Source: a virus (Duplodnaviria > Heunggongvirae > Uroviricota > Caudoviricetes). From it: a stretch of 64,000 nucleotides of DNA. Position numbers and translations under genes: made by a program. The notes under the pieces were generated by a model. The model did no database searches, was not told where the DNA came from, and saw only the letters and a program-made list of their open reading frames with translations. The DNA is taken from the IMG/VR virus record IMGVR_UViG_3300021399_000096; one strand, written 5' to 3'. Positions within the stretch are counted from its first letter, which is position 1, and every line of letters starts with the position of its first letter. This document shows, piece after piece, positions 43,956 to 55,797 of this stretch.

Positions 43956-45149
43956 AGTATCACCATCTGCACAATGAACTACTGTTGCTGGAACATTACG
44001 ATTCCACTCATTTCCTTTAGATATAGAATTATATTGAGCTTTTGTTCCTGTATATGAGATAGAAATCAAACTATTGCAACCAAAGAAAGCATACATTCCA
44101 ATGCTTGCGATGCTATCGGGAATCTCGATAGAGGTCAGATTGGTGCACCAACTAAAAGCCTAAAATTCAATGATTGTAACGCTATTAGGAATCTCGATAG
44201 AGGTCAAACTGGGGCAATAATTGAAAGCGTTCGCTCCAATACTTGTGACACTATTGGGAATTGTTACGGCAGTTAAACCATGACAATAAGCAAAAGCACT
44301 ATCTCCAATGCGTATAATATTATTAGGAATAATTGTGTTTTGACACCCTACGATAAGCATGTTGGATACAGTTTCTATAATTGCGTTACAATTATTACGG
44401 CTATCATATATTGAATTCCCATTTTCAACAATAATAGAGGCCAAACTGCTACAATATGCAAAAGCCTTATCTCCGATGCTTGTGACACTATTGGGAATGG
44501 TTACCGAGGTCAGACTGCTGCACCAACTAAAAGCACCATTCCTAATGCTCGTGACACGATTGGTGATAATTAAGTCGTTGGTCAAACTGCTGCAATTCTC
44601 GAAAGCATACTTTCCAATGCTTGTGACGCTATTAGGAATCGTCACTGAGGTCAAACCGCTGCAGCGTTGGAATGCATATTCTCCGATGCTTTCGACATCT
44701 GTTTCAAATTTAATAACACCTTTCCCAGTATTTGGATCAAAATCATTAGAAATAATAGTTGGCAAAGAGCTTGGCCTATATGGTTCAACTTTACTTGTTG
44801 CTGTATATTTGATTATATCATTTATTTCTTTAATAATAGCAACACCATTCTCAGCAACTATTTTGCAATTCTCCTAATTGCATTCTAAGAACTAATAATT
44901 TTCTTTAATATAGCAAATAAATGGAATGGTTTCAATAATATATCCATCTGCATCATTTAATGTTTCAAACACTATATTAACAGCCTCATGAATAATAATC
45001 TAACCATCCTCAATAATTAGCATTTTATTAGGTTTATTATTAAATAAAACCTATCCATTTTCTTTAATATAACTGGTGAATGGAATATCATTGATTATAT
45101 ACCCATTAGCGTCATTTAATGTTTCAAAATATTTTATATTTTCTTTCAT
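43947..45149 (-). CDS. BspA-type LRR protein A (400 aa, code 15)
   Basis: IPNSVTSIG repeats and YDSRNNCNAIIET insert. The N-terminal half is TAG-rich. Confidence 0.85.
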
Positions 45150-45168
45150 TATTTTTATTTAACATTTT

Positions 45169-45882
45169 TTAGTATATTATAATAGAATCATTTCTTTCTT
45201 TATACATCATTTGTCCAAATGTTTGAAAAATATCACAATCTAAATCCAATTTAACTAAATTATAGTCAGACGAATATTTGCAATATTTAGAATAAACATT
45301 TCTAACTATTAACTATTCACTGTTCCATTTATTGGTAGGATGTTTTTCATAGTAATCTGCAACTTCATTATAAAAATCAATCAATTTGTCTGTATACCCA
45401 ATACAGCATCCAGCATTTAAATATTTGAATTTAGAAATATTTCCAGTATCAACAACATCACCAAAATATGGTGGATAATTATTTTTTGATGTATTAAATA
45501 CTACACCAGCTTTATATTTTAAAAACTTTTCAATAATATGATCCCAAGAATTAATTACAACATCATAACCATCTAAAATTATTGTATATTTGGTTTTTAT
45601 ATTTTTTAATGCTTCTAAAATGCAAGTGATTTTATATGGATTTGACCATTTTTCTTCTCTTGGAATATATCCATTTACAATTTCAATATTATTATTTTTT
45701 AATTGCTAGTAAAGAATGCATTTTTCATCAGTTGTCCAAATAGACAAAAGCGTTATATCTTCAGGAAGCACATCTAAATTTCTAGATTTTATATCATCTA
45801 GAAATTTAGTGAATACTTCAGAAGATGTGCCTTGAAAATGGGCTATATTAAATTCTCTGTGATTATGGTTCAGGTATTTCAT
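45169..45882 (-). CDS. PLOD-type glycosyltransferase domain protein (code 15)
   Basis: ILDGYDVV, KYLNAGCCIG, SE(TAG)L at the DDQ position, KLDLDCDIFQ. Confidence 0.65.
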
Positions 45883-48800
45883 AAGTAGTTTCTAAATTTT
45901 GAAGTCTGTTTTCATGATTAACTAAAGTAGCTGAAACAACAGTATCTAATGCAATTAATTTGTCATTTAAATTATTCAGTGCAGCAGAAATTGTTTCAAA
46001 TAAAGGACTTAAATTAGATGGATCCGCATTTTTAAGTACCTATTGTAGTGTTTGTGCTTCACTAATATTGTCTCCATTAAAATTACCAGCTCCTCTAACA
46101 TAAATGTCGCCATTTTGCATTATTTCTAATGCATTTGTGCGATCTTCACCGCCAGTGTAAATAAATTCAGTTTCATCAGATTTTTCAACTCTCCAGCAAG
46201 AAAATGCATCACCCGGATCAGTGGCAATATTTTTGTCTAATGCCAAATAAATTCTTGCAGACACTTTGTCAGGATCAGTCTAATCATATCTTGCAGCTGC
46301 AATAACAGTTCCGAGATAATGTTTTTTCTCATCATCTGAGAAAAGTTGACTACCAACTAAATTTTCAATATCTGCTATATCTGGTGTAGGCATTTCACGC
46401 CTTTCAGTAATTAAACAATATTTTAATGATGTCGTTGTATCACTTCCTGAATAATATTGCCAATTTACTTGATCTTGCCAATCATTAGTACCTTTAAAAT
46501 ATCCAATAAATTCTGGCTCACCTTTATAAACTTCTACTATATTTCCTCCAGCACCAACTGAAAATAATGTGTTTCCTTTGTTTCCATATTCATTAGATGC
46601 TTTATGTGAAACATTTCTAAATCCTTGTGCATGTTCTGCATAATTTTTAGTTTCAGTTTTGTATCCTTCTGCATGTGAATAAGTTCCTTCAGTATATGTT
46701 TCACCGCCTTCTGCATGTGCGCCATATCCAAAATATTCATTACGTCCAACTTGGAATATAGCATTTGGATAATAAGTTATGTTGTAACTAATGTCACCTT
46801 TTATTCCACTTTGATCTTCTTTTTCACCTGATCCCCAAGTATTATAACGTGGTGCTAACTCTATAGTAGCATTATTGTAAGAATATACAATAAAATTGTG
46901 GAGTTTAATCTTTTGACCTTCATCTGCGATTGGTTTCAACTATACACGTGATTGTGGTCTTTCATCAAATGCATGACGTAAAGAATTTAAATTGCCTTCA
47001 GTTAATTTAAGTACAATATGGTGAGTTGTTGAATTGTATGATAGTATTTTTACTTTTGCATTTCTATTTATAAATTCTTCTTTACTTTGTACAAATGTTT
47101 TCCAACCTTCAGCATGTGAATAATTTGAATTTATTTGTGTTTCATAACCTTCAGTATGAGAGCCTTCTGAATGTTCATTTATAAATGTATTTACACCTTC
47201 TGCATGTGCATATTTGCTTAATGCTTTTGAATCAATACCTTCTGTGTGTGTAGCATCCCCATCAGCTCTAGTATTTATACCTTCAGAGTGTGATGCAGTT
47301 TGAACTGCTACTGTATCTTTTCCTTCTGCATGGGCAGCAACAGTGGTAACCTCTTTATACACATTATATGTTGCACCTATTGTATATCTATTATACTTAA
47401 TAACTGACGCACCTTGCCTAATATCAGGATTTATTTTTAAATAGATATATTCATCAGATATGTGATCTACTATGCAATTTATTAAATAAATTTTTTCATC
47501 TCTATTATTTGGATTTATTAACTATATAGTTCTTAATGTATAAAAATAAGCTGCAAACTTACTCTAATTACTATCGCCAACATATTTAAGCACTATCGAT
47601 TGGTCAGTTATTGAGTTTAAAATTACTTTATGTTTTGTTTCTTTATATGTTGTATTTCCATCTGTAGTACAATTATATCCTTCTGCATGTGAGCCTTCGC
47701 CTTGTGCAGATGAATGAATGCCTTCAGAATGTGCATATAAACCAGATGCTTTAGTATCATATCCTTCAACATGTGTATATTCACCTTCTGCATGTGTATA
47801 TTTTCCTTCAGAGTGCGAGCCAAATGCAAGTGCCTGTGTCTGTTCACCTTCAGCGTGTGAATATGCTCCATATGCTTGAGTTTTTGTTCCTTCACCGTGC
47901 GCAGCAGTTCCAGTAACGCGAGTTCTTTCACCTTCTGCATGACTATATTTACCAGCTGCATCTGACAAATAACCTTCTGAGTGAGAAGATTCACCAGCTG
48001 CGCCAGTTTTTATATAAGCAGAAACTGAAGTATTTGAAGGTATTTGTGCAGCTCTATCTATAATAAACCAGCTGCCACTTTCACCTTGAGACTTGTCTGG
48101 GAATCTTGTAATTACACCTAAAATGGAACCATCTGCATTATATAATGTTCTTCCAATCCATCCAGCAAATTTATTATTTTTCTCTATTCTATATTTTTCA
48201 GTAATATCTGAAGCTGAATTCCATGCATCAGAAGCAAAATCAGAACCTGCTAAGAAATTGAAAGCAGAGTCAGATGCAGATCCTTCAAATCTAATACTAT
48301 CATAATATAATCTAGTATTACCATATCGTGACTCCCAATATACCTTAAATAATGTAACATTACCACCGGTTCCTTCAGCATGTGATGACTGGCCTAATGC
48401 AGTTGTAGTATTTCCTTCTGCATGTGATGACTATCCAGAAGCAGTAGTATAATATCCTTCTGCATGCGCATAAGAATTGGTTGCATCGGATTCAAATCCT
48501 TCAGCATGTGATGACTACCCAGATGCAGAGGTGTATTCACCTTCTGTGTGCGCATATGTTCCCTCAGTATATGTTTCACCACCCTCTGCATGTGCACCAA
48601 AGCCTGATGTTATATGTGTTACCGTACGTCTCCATACAGAAGAAGTCCTATCATATATCTATGAAGTGTCTAATGAGAAATAAATACGTTTACCATAAGC
48701 ATAACTTTTATCTCTAGCAGCATTAACAATTTTTCCTAAATATTCCTATCCCTCGTCATCTTTAAATAATAAGCTGCCAACTAAATTAGGAATATTACTT

Positions 48801-49450
48801 ATTGGGTCTATTTCAGGAACTTCACCGTTTTCAATTTGTAATTTATACTAAAAACTACATTCTTGTGAACTTCCTTCAAAAAATTCAAGATCTTCTCTAT
48901 TAAATTCATATGAGTTAGTATCATTAGGCGTACCCATATATCCAATAAATTCAAGAGGTGATGTTATTGTCTCATTTATAAATTTTGTAATAGATTTATG
49001 GCCTTCTGCATGTGAATAAGCCGCCTGAGTTTCTGTTTCTAATCCTTCTGCATGTGATGCCTCGCCCATTGCATTAGTATATTCTCCAATAGACTATGAA
49101 TAATCTCCAGATGCAACAGTTCCTTTTCCTTCTGCATGACTTCTAATTCCAGATGCAGTATTTAAATCTCCAAGTTCTTCATTAGTCCCTTCAGCCAATG
49201 AATCAAGTTCTTTATTATATATATGGCCTTTATTGCCTCCTGCAGTATTATAAATATATCCGCCAGTCCATATATAATTGCCATATGATGCATCATTAAC
49301 AAATATGATTGAAAACTCACTAGCAATAGAACTATCTGGAATAAGTTCTAGTTGTTTAATATCACCATCTGCAACTGCTTCCCAACCTGCTTCAGGTTCT
49401 ATAAACAAAGCAGCTAGTGAATTTGATCTAATAAACTGTTTATAATTCAT
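45863..49450 (-). CDS. long fibre/adhesin with (Y/S)SHAEG repeats (YadA-head-like), 1195 aa, code 15
   Basis: Six track fragments share one frame; the gaps were hand-checked and contain TAG only. Confidence 0.8.
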
Positions 49451-49525
49451 AATTTTTTATTAAAAATTTTTATTTTTTATTATTTTTAGTAATCTATTCA
49501 GAAACCAATCTGAATAGACTTTAGA

Positions 49526-50362
49526 TTAAATTGGTGTATAAGCTGGTGGATTTTCTCCTAAACAGTAAATTTGTGTTGCCGGTACATTAAGATGCCAACC
49601 ATATCCTTTAGTTATAGAATTATATTGAGATATTGTTCCTGTATATGAGATTGAGGTCAACCTACTGCAACCACGGAAAGCATACTAACCAATGACTATG
49701 ACATTATTACCGATGGTCACAGATATCAAACCGCTGCAATTACGGAAAGCACCATCTACAATATGTGAGATGCTGTTAGGAATTGTTATGGAGGCCAAAC
49801 TAGTGCAATTGAGAAAAGCCTCATTTCCAATGGCAGTAACGCTATTGGGAATCATTACAGAAGTCAAACTAGTACAACTCCGGAAAGCCCAATCTCTAAT
49901 AATTGTTACGTCTGTTTCAAATTTAATAACACCTTTCCCAGTATTTGGATCAAAATCATTAGAAATAATAGTTGGCAAAGAACTAGGTCTATATGGCGTA
50001 ACTTTACTTGTTGCTGTATATCTAATTATGTCATTCATTTCTTTAATTATTGCGACTCCATTCTCAACAACTATTTTGCAATTCTCCTAATTGCATTCTA
50101 AGAACTATTGACTTTCTTTAATATAGCAACTAAATGGAATAGTTTCAATGATATATCCATCAGCATCATTTAATGTTTCAAAAATAACATCAACTATATT
50201 ATGAACAATAACCTACCCATTCTAAATAATTAACATTTTATTTGGATCATTATTAAATATAACCTATTCATTTTCTTTGATATAACAAGTGAATGGGATA
50301 TCATTGATTACATATCCATTTGCATCATTTAATGTTTCAAAATATTTTATATTTTCTTTCAT
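49526..50362 (-). CDS. BspA-type LRR protein B (278 aa, code 15), paralog of 43947-45149
   Basis: Same MKENIKYFETLNDANGY N-terminus and PTIISNDFDPNTGKGVIKFETDV segment, with fewer LRRs. Confidence 0.85.
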
Positions 50363-50377
50363 ATTTCAAATTTATTT

Positions 50378-50773
50378 TTAGACATTTACTATTTCCCATT
50401 TGAAAACAGCCTCAATGTAATCTTTAACATATCCGTCACTGGCCAATCCTGTTGATTCTGCATGAATATATCCATCTGGAAGAGATGCATCCTCAACTTT
50501 CTCAGCAAGTTGAACTTCAGATTTAAGATTTACATTTTCCATTTCTTTTGTCACACTAACAGAAACAAATTCATCATTTGGCCGTTCATTAATTGGTTTT
50601 TCGCCATTAACTTTTATTGGTTCTAATAATGCCAATTTTTCTTCAACATGTCCAATTCTTGCATGAACTTTTCTAAAGAGTTTCCAAATCCACTCTTTGA
50701 ATTCTTTTGTATATAATTCAGTATTTCCCCAATCAAAAATTGTTTTATTGTTTTCCATAAATTTATTATTCAT
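50378..50773 (-). CDS. hypothetical protein
   Basis: 131-aa ORF that overlaps the upstream stop. Confidence 0.6.
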   Translation of the reverse strand: MNNKFMENNKTIFDWGNTELYTKEFKEWIWKLFRKVHARIGHVEEKLALLEPIKVNGEKPINERPNDEFVSVSVTKEMENVNLKSEVQLAEKVEDASLPDGYIHAESTGLASDGYVKDYIEAVFKWEIVNV

Positions 50774-52535
50774 TTATTTTAGTTATTTTGATACTATGCA
50801 ATCTTATTGAATCTACATCAACACCGACAAATAACGATCCTTCAATATCTTCTTCAAACACGTATGTATATGTAGCAATTTCTTCTTCTGTAACATCATC
50901 AGTATTTCTATGATGTTCAAATGTCATATCATCCTTAAATGTCCAATTAATTGATTTGAATTTTAATTTTTTGGTAAGTGGATCAGAACCTCCAGATTTT
51001 ATCCATGCTTTGATTTCTAATATACAACCTGCAGTAATTGTCTCAGTTGGAATAGCTTCAATATAATTTTTATTGAAGTCAGATGGAGTGCTTGAACCAA
51101 ATTTAATGCCACCGAAATTATCATTACCAACAATACTACCATTATTCAAATTATACTCATTATCAGTAACAATACCTTCATCTACATTAGGAACATTTAA
51201 TTCAAATATATTAACTTCTGGGTCTGGAATTCTTTCAAATTCTGCAACTAAATATTTGACACTGTTTTCATCAATAAGAACATTGATTTGTTGATCTAAT
51301 GAATAAATTTCACCAGCATGTTCCTCTTCAACACCATATCGCCAACAATTGAATTTATATTTTTCTTTTGGACTGGCATTTAATTTGGCATTCACACCAG
51401 TAATAACAGTATTTGCTTTAGGTGCATATGGTTTGCCATCTAATGTATATGTAACTTCTATATTTCCATATTCTGCAATATTTGGTTCAGCAAAGAATTT
51501 ATATCTTTCTTCTTCAAAATATCCAATAATAGTATGATTTTCTGTGAAATTTTCAATAGTGTATGGATTAGTTTCAGATACAATAGAAGAATCTACTACA
51601 AAATATTTGAAATGATGTTTATTTGCAGGTTCTGCTGTTATTATTGCATTTTCTCCTTTGCCAATATATGCAACTCCATCAAAGATTTCATAAATGTCTC
51701 CAGAAATATCTAATTTATCATCAAAACTATCTGCGATATCAGAATTCAAAACAGATGTATCAAATTTTAATTCCATTAATTTGCTAAATATTGCAGTATA
51801 GCCGTTTTTAATTGGTGCTTGTTCCATACCATCATTTAATGTTCCAATCACGTTAATATCTCCTCGGTCTTCATTAAATATATAATTAACTGATGCATTA
51901 TAAATTGGTTCATCATAATTTGCATCTAAAAGCCAATAATTTAATTTGTATCCTCTATTTGGAATTGCAGTTAAAATTGCTTCATCGCCGGCAACATATG
52001 TTTTATATTCATTATGCGGTGTGCATTCTGCTACTCTTGTTTCATCATAAACATCTTTAATTTGTATATATCCACCTTTTGTATAACAACATAAATTAAT
52101 AGTGTATATATCATTATGAAACAAAGATTCTATAGAAGCATCTGGAATTGGCTCTGCATTTATATATTGAAATAGTAAATTAATAGAAACATCTTGAATT
52201 TCATTTGTATTAAACAATTCTTCAAATTGTTCAATAGCTGATTTATTTCCAGTATCTGACAAATATAAATGTTTCCTATTTTGATAAATATTTCCAATTG
52301 CTATTACGCAATGAATTTCATTTCCATCTTTATAATATTCAGTATGAGTTTTTCCTGGTTTTAAAAAGAATAATTCACATGCAGCTAATGCTTCGTCAAA
52401 TGAATTATAGACTGTTGGTTTTGGACATTGTTCACAATGCATTGGTATTGGAGCTGAACTGTAATCAGGATTTGGTTCAGGAATATTGCATAAATTAACT
52501 GGTTTATTTTGAATTATATTTTTATTAATTGCCAT
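50766..52535 (-). CDS. protein with InlB-B-repeat/bacterial-repeat-like beta domains
   Basis: Three TA.P..GY/H.F..W units. Confidence 0.55.
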   Translation of the reverse strand: MAINKNIIQNKPVNLCNIPEPNPDYSSAPIPMHCEQCPKPTVYNSFDEALAACELFFLKPGKTHTEYYKDGNEIHCVIAIGNIYQNRKHLYLSDTGNKSAIEQFEELFNTNEIQDVSINLLFQYINAEPIPDASIESLFHNDIYTINLCCYTKGGYIQIKDVYDETRVAECTPHNEYKTYVAGDEAILTAIPNRGYKLNYWLLDANYDEPIYNASVNYIFNEDRGDINVIGTLNDGMEQAPIKNGYTAIFSKLMELKFDTSVLNSDIADSFDDKLDISGDIYEIFDGVAYIGKGENAIITAEPANKHHFKYFVVDSSIVSETNPYTIENFTENHTIIGYFEEERYKFFAEPNIAEYGNIEVTYTLDGKPYAPKANTVITGVNAKLNASPKEKYKFNCWRYGVEEEHAGEIYSLDQQINVLIDENSVKYLVAEFERIPDPEVNIFELNVPNVDEGIVTDNEYNLNNGSIVGNDNFGGIKFGSSTPSDFNKNYIEAIPTETITAGCILEIKAWIKSGGSDPLTKKLKFKSINWTFKDDMTFEHHRNTDDVTEEEIATYTYVFEEDIEGSLFVGVDVDSIRLHSIKITKINE

Positions 52536-52619
52536 AAAAATTTAGTTAATATTTTATTTTTTATATTTATTTTCAGAAAATACTAAAACTTTTATATAAA
52601 CAAAAATATAATAATTAGA

Positions 52620-53069
52620 ATGAAAGAATCAAAATTTAGATATATTGAGAATAGAAAAGCTAAGCATAACTATTATTTTATAGATGAATATACAGCTGGC
52701 ATTTCATTAATTGGGTCTGAAGTTAAATCTATTAGAGCCAGTTGGGTTGATTTATCTGAATCATATTGTATATTCAATAAATCTGGTGAATTAATTCTTA
52801 AAAATTGCTATATATACAAATACAACAATATTGTATATACTCGTGAAGAAAATGTTGACAGAAAGTTATTATTAACCAAAAAGGAATTAAAGAAACTTAA
52901 AAAAGACAGTGAACAAACAGGATATACTATTATTCCTATTGCTATTATTGTTAATGATCCTGGATTTATTAAATTCAAAATTGCTTTATGTAAAGGTAAA
53001 CATGAATATGATAAACGGGAAGTTATAAAGAAAAGAGATTTAGAAAGAGAACATAAAAATTTTAAATAA
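52620..53069 (+). CDS. smpB: SsrA-binding protein
   Basis: ENRKAKHNY, AGISLIGSEVKSIR, RKLLL.KKE, GKHEYDKR. No TAG codon. Confidence 0.93.
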   Translation: MKESKFRYIENRKAKHNYYFIDEYTAGISLIGSEVKSIRASWVDLSESYCIFNKSGELILKNCYIYKYNNIVYTREENVDRKLLLTKKELKKLKKDSEQTGYTIIPIAIIVNDPGFIKFKIALCKGKHEYDKREVIKKRDLEREHKNFK

Positions 53070-53070
53070 T

Positions 53071-53325
53071 ATGAAATTACCATTTTTATACGAGCATTTA
53101 CAAAAAAGCTCAATTGATAATAAAGAACAAATTTTGGAAGCATTAACAACGCATGATTGGAAAATTACTGATATTAGCTCATTTTCTAGTGTAAATTGTG
53201 GAGATCCTGTTATTAATTTGGAATCTGACAAAGGATATTGGCTAATTCATATTCCACTTGATTTATTTTCAAAAGCAGTTTTGGCAGAAGAATTAATTAC
53301 AATTAACAAAAACAATAAACAATAA
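53071..53325 (+). CDS. hypothetical protein
   Basis: Coupled to smpB. Confidence 0.55.
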   Translation: MKLPFLYEHLQKSSIDNKEQILEALTTHDWKITDISSFSSVNCGDPVINLESDKGYWLIHIPLDLFSKAVLAEELITINKNNKQ

Positions 53326-53346
53326 AAATTAAAAACGATTATTTTT

Positions 53347-53757
53347 ATGGAAACAAAAGTAAAAACAACAAAGAAAGAGATTAACGGGGCAGTATATACC
53401 GTTAATGAAGAGAAAAAAGCAGTAACATGCATGATTGTATCTAAAGGTGAAAAAATTTATGGTTACTCAAAGTGTGGTCCGCGTGATATATTTGATGTAG
53501 AGCGTGGAAAAGAGATTGCAGCATATCGTTGTGAAATTGCACAGCGTAAACGTGATTTGAGAAATACGGATGCAGTTATTGAACAACTTCGTGCAATTAT
53601 TGAAGGTAATGAATATCGAATATACCATCGTTTTCTAAAGCGTTCTGAAGTTTCTAAGCATTGGGATAATTTCCTTAAACAAGCATGTGATGAGCGTAAA
53701 AGTCAACTTGAAAATATTGCATTCTGTGAAAAAGAACTTGAAAAACTGACAAAGTAA
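53347..53757 (+). CDS. hypothetical phage protein
   Basis: GYSKCGPRDIFDVERGKEIA, a small phage-protein motif. Confidence 0.65.
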   Translation: METKVKTTKKEINGAVYTVNEEKKAVTCMIVSKGEKIYGYSKCGPRDIFDVERGKEIAAYRCEIAQRKRDLRNTDAVIEQLRAIIEGNEYRIYHRFLKRSEVSKHWDNFLKQACDERKSQLENIAFCEKELEKLTK

Positions 53758-53759
53758 TT

Positions 53760-54143
53760 ATGAGCAAACAAAAAGCTGCAGTAAAAAATGAAAATGCAAC
53801 ATGTAAATATTGCGGAACTCCATTTAATGAAATTCCTGAAAGCAAATCAGAATCTGGTGCATGTGAATATTGTGAAGAAAAGCGGGTAATGATTTCTGAA
53901 ATTAATATTAAAAAATCCGCTAGTGTTGATTTGCGTGAGTTTTCAAATTTTGGACAAGAAGGAGATTGGCTTGAAGTAACAGAATGGGCTAATGGTGAAG
54001 GTGTTGATATTATTATTGAATATGCTAAAAGCCAATCTAAAAATATTTCATTGACATATGATGAATTGGAGGCTATTATTAATATTGTAAACAAATTTGG
54101 TACGCTTCCACCTATTTATACAAAAATTGAAATTGAAAAATAA
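53760..54143 (+). CDS. hypothetical protein with CxxC...CxxC
   Basis: CKYC, CEYC, LEVTEWANGEGVDI. Confidence 0.65.
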   Translation: MSKQKAAVKNENATCKYCGTPFNEIPESKSESGACEYCEEKRVMISEINIKKSASVDLREFSNFGQEGDWLEVTEWANGEGVDIIIEYAKSQSKNISLTYDELEAIINIVNKFGTLPPIYTKIEIEK

Positions 54144-54145
54144 TT

Positions 54146-55306
54146 ATGGATAAAAAACTAACTGGCGTACAAAGTATTGGTATTAAATTGCCAATTATTC
54201 GCGAAGGCGATGATCTAGTAAATATAGTAGTTAATTCTGTATTAAATACGGTTGTTAATTATGACGAATATTTTGACAAATGTGTATATGATATTGATGG
54301 TAAATATGTTTATGATATTGATGATAAAGATGTTATAGGTATTACTGAATCTGTAGTTGCACGTTCTCAAGGTAATTATGTAACTATTGATGATATTGTA
54401 CAATTCTTAAATGAGCTGCATATTTCAAAGAATTTGATTCTTTATTCACCTATTATGTCTAGAAATCGTTTCTCAATGATTTTAAAGGCATTTGCAAGAT
54501 ATGCAGATTTTATTAGTATTGTATTGGATGGTGATCATGATGAACAAGGTAATCCGAATTTTGGAATTAACCGATTTACCGGAGTAGATATTCAGAAATA
54601 TTATAAAGAATTAGCAGCAAAAGAAAATTGCGGATTAGAATTTATAACAAATGCATTATATCCTCTTATTGATAAACAATGGAAAGGTATTGAACCCGGA
54701 GAAACATTTATTGATTGCAGATGTCATCCGGAGGAAGCAGACCAATTGACATTGAAAGATATTATGTGTGCAGCCGTAACGCGTGAAGATGGTTCTATGT
54801 CAGGTTTTAATACCGAATACGGATTACTTGGATCTAATAAAGCTACTGAGGAGAAATTGAAACTATTTCCAGAACCAACAACTGCACAAAAATTTGTAGA
54901 GGATGTTCAACAAAGAATTTTTGAAAAAACTGGAAAACATGTGGAGGTAATGGTTTACGGTGATGGTTGTTTCAAAGATCCTGTTGGTGGAATTTGGGAA
55001 TGGGCGGATCCTGTAGTTTCTCCGGCATATACTAAAGGTTTGGAAGGAACACCTAATGAGATTAAGATTAAAGCATTTGCTGATGACAAATATAAAGATT
55101 TATCTGGAGAAGAATTAACAAATGCAGTTAAATCTGAAATCACATCTAAAGATAAAAATCTTGTTGGAAATATGGCATCGCAAGGTACAACACCTCGTAG
55201 ATATGTTGATTTACTTGGAAGTTTAATGGATTTGACTTCTGGTTCTGGTGACAAAGGATGTCCTGTAGTATTGGTGAAAAATTATTTCAAATCTTATGCA
55301 GATTAA
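54146..55306 (+). CDS. CofE-family (F420:gamma-glutamyl ligase-like) protein
   Basis: LPIIREGDDL, GITESVVARSQGN, VYGDGCFKDP, DLTSGSGDKGCPVVLV. Confidence 0.75.
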   Translation: MDKKLTGVQSIGIKLPIIREGDDLVNIVVNSVLNTVVNYDEYFDKCVYDIDGKYVYDIDDKDVIGITESVVARSQGNYVTIDDIVQFLNELHISKNLILYSPIMSRNRFSMILKAFARYADFISIVLDGDHDEQGNPNFGINRFTGVDIQKYYKELAAKENCGLEFITNALYPLIDKQWKGIEPGETFIDCRCHPEEADQLTLKDIMCAAVTREDGSMSGFNTEYGLLGSNKATEEKLKLFPEPTTAQKFVEDVQQRIFEKTGKHVEVMVYGDGCFKDPVGGIWEWADPVVSPAYTKGLEGTPNEIKIKAFADDKYKDLSGEELTNAVKSEITSKDKNLVGNMASQGTTPRRYVDLLGSLMDLTSGSGDKGCPVVLVKNYFKSYAD

Positions 55307-55362
55307 TTTGAAACAATTTAAATAAACCAATTATAATTAGTATAATCAAATTTTTATAATTT

Positions 55363-55755
55363 ATGGAAGAAACACTAACATTTGAGCGACAATTAGAACC
55401 ATGGTATTTAAAATTACGTTCTCAAAATAGTAATCTTTTATCAAAAAAGATGCTTCATCAAGCACTTGAAGAGCAAGTTACAAAAATTAATAAATTGCTC
55501 GGTGAAGAACGTGAAAATTATTATTTGGATGATATTTATAATATCTTACCGAATAAGATTACATGGAATAACAGAACTGGTTATTTAAAGATTTCTAAAT
55601 ATGATATTGTTTATTCATCTTTGGAAACTGAAAAGGATGGTAAAGTTGTTGCATTATTTTCATTTATGATTGGATATTTAAATGTTTTTGATGCATTTAT
55701 TGAAGCTCTTGAATTTTTTAAAAAATATGAAGATACTATAACAATATTAGAATAA
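55363..55755 (+). CDS. hypothetical protein
   Basis: 130-aa ORF before the terminator. Confidence 0.6.
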   Translation: MEETLTFERQLEPWYLKLRSQNSNLLSKKMLHQALEEQVTKINKLLGEERENYYLDDIYNILPNKITWNNRTGYLKISKYDIVYSSLETEKDGKVVALFSFMIGYLNVFDAFIEALEFFKKYEDTITILE

Positions 55756-55756
55756 T

Positions 55757-55785
55757 AAAGGTTGGAATTAAATTTTCCAACCTTT
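55757..55785. terminator. bidirectional terminator
   Basis: AAAGGTTGGAA / TTCCAACCTTT between convergent genes. Confidence 0.75.
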
Positions 55786-55797
55786 AATTTTTGGTTT

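Noticed and set aside
36862-53069. Bacterial chromosome origin suggested by ssrA, smpB, kdsC and cofE-like genes
   Set aside because: No housekeeping operons. Dense small hypotheticals, fibre, lysis and structural genes, and TAG recoding all indicate a large phage.
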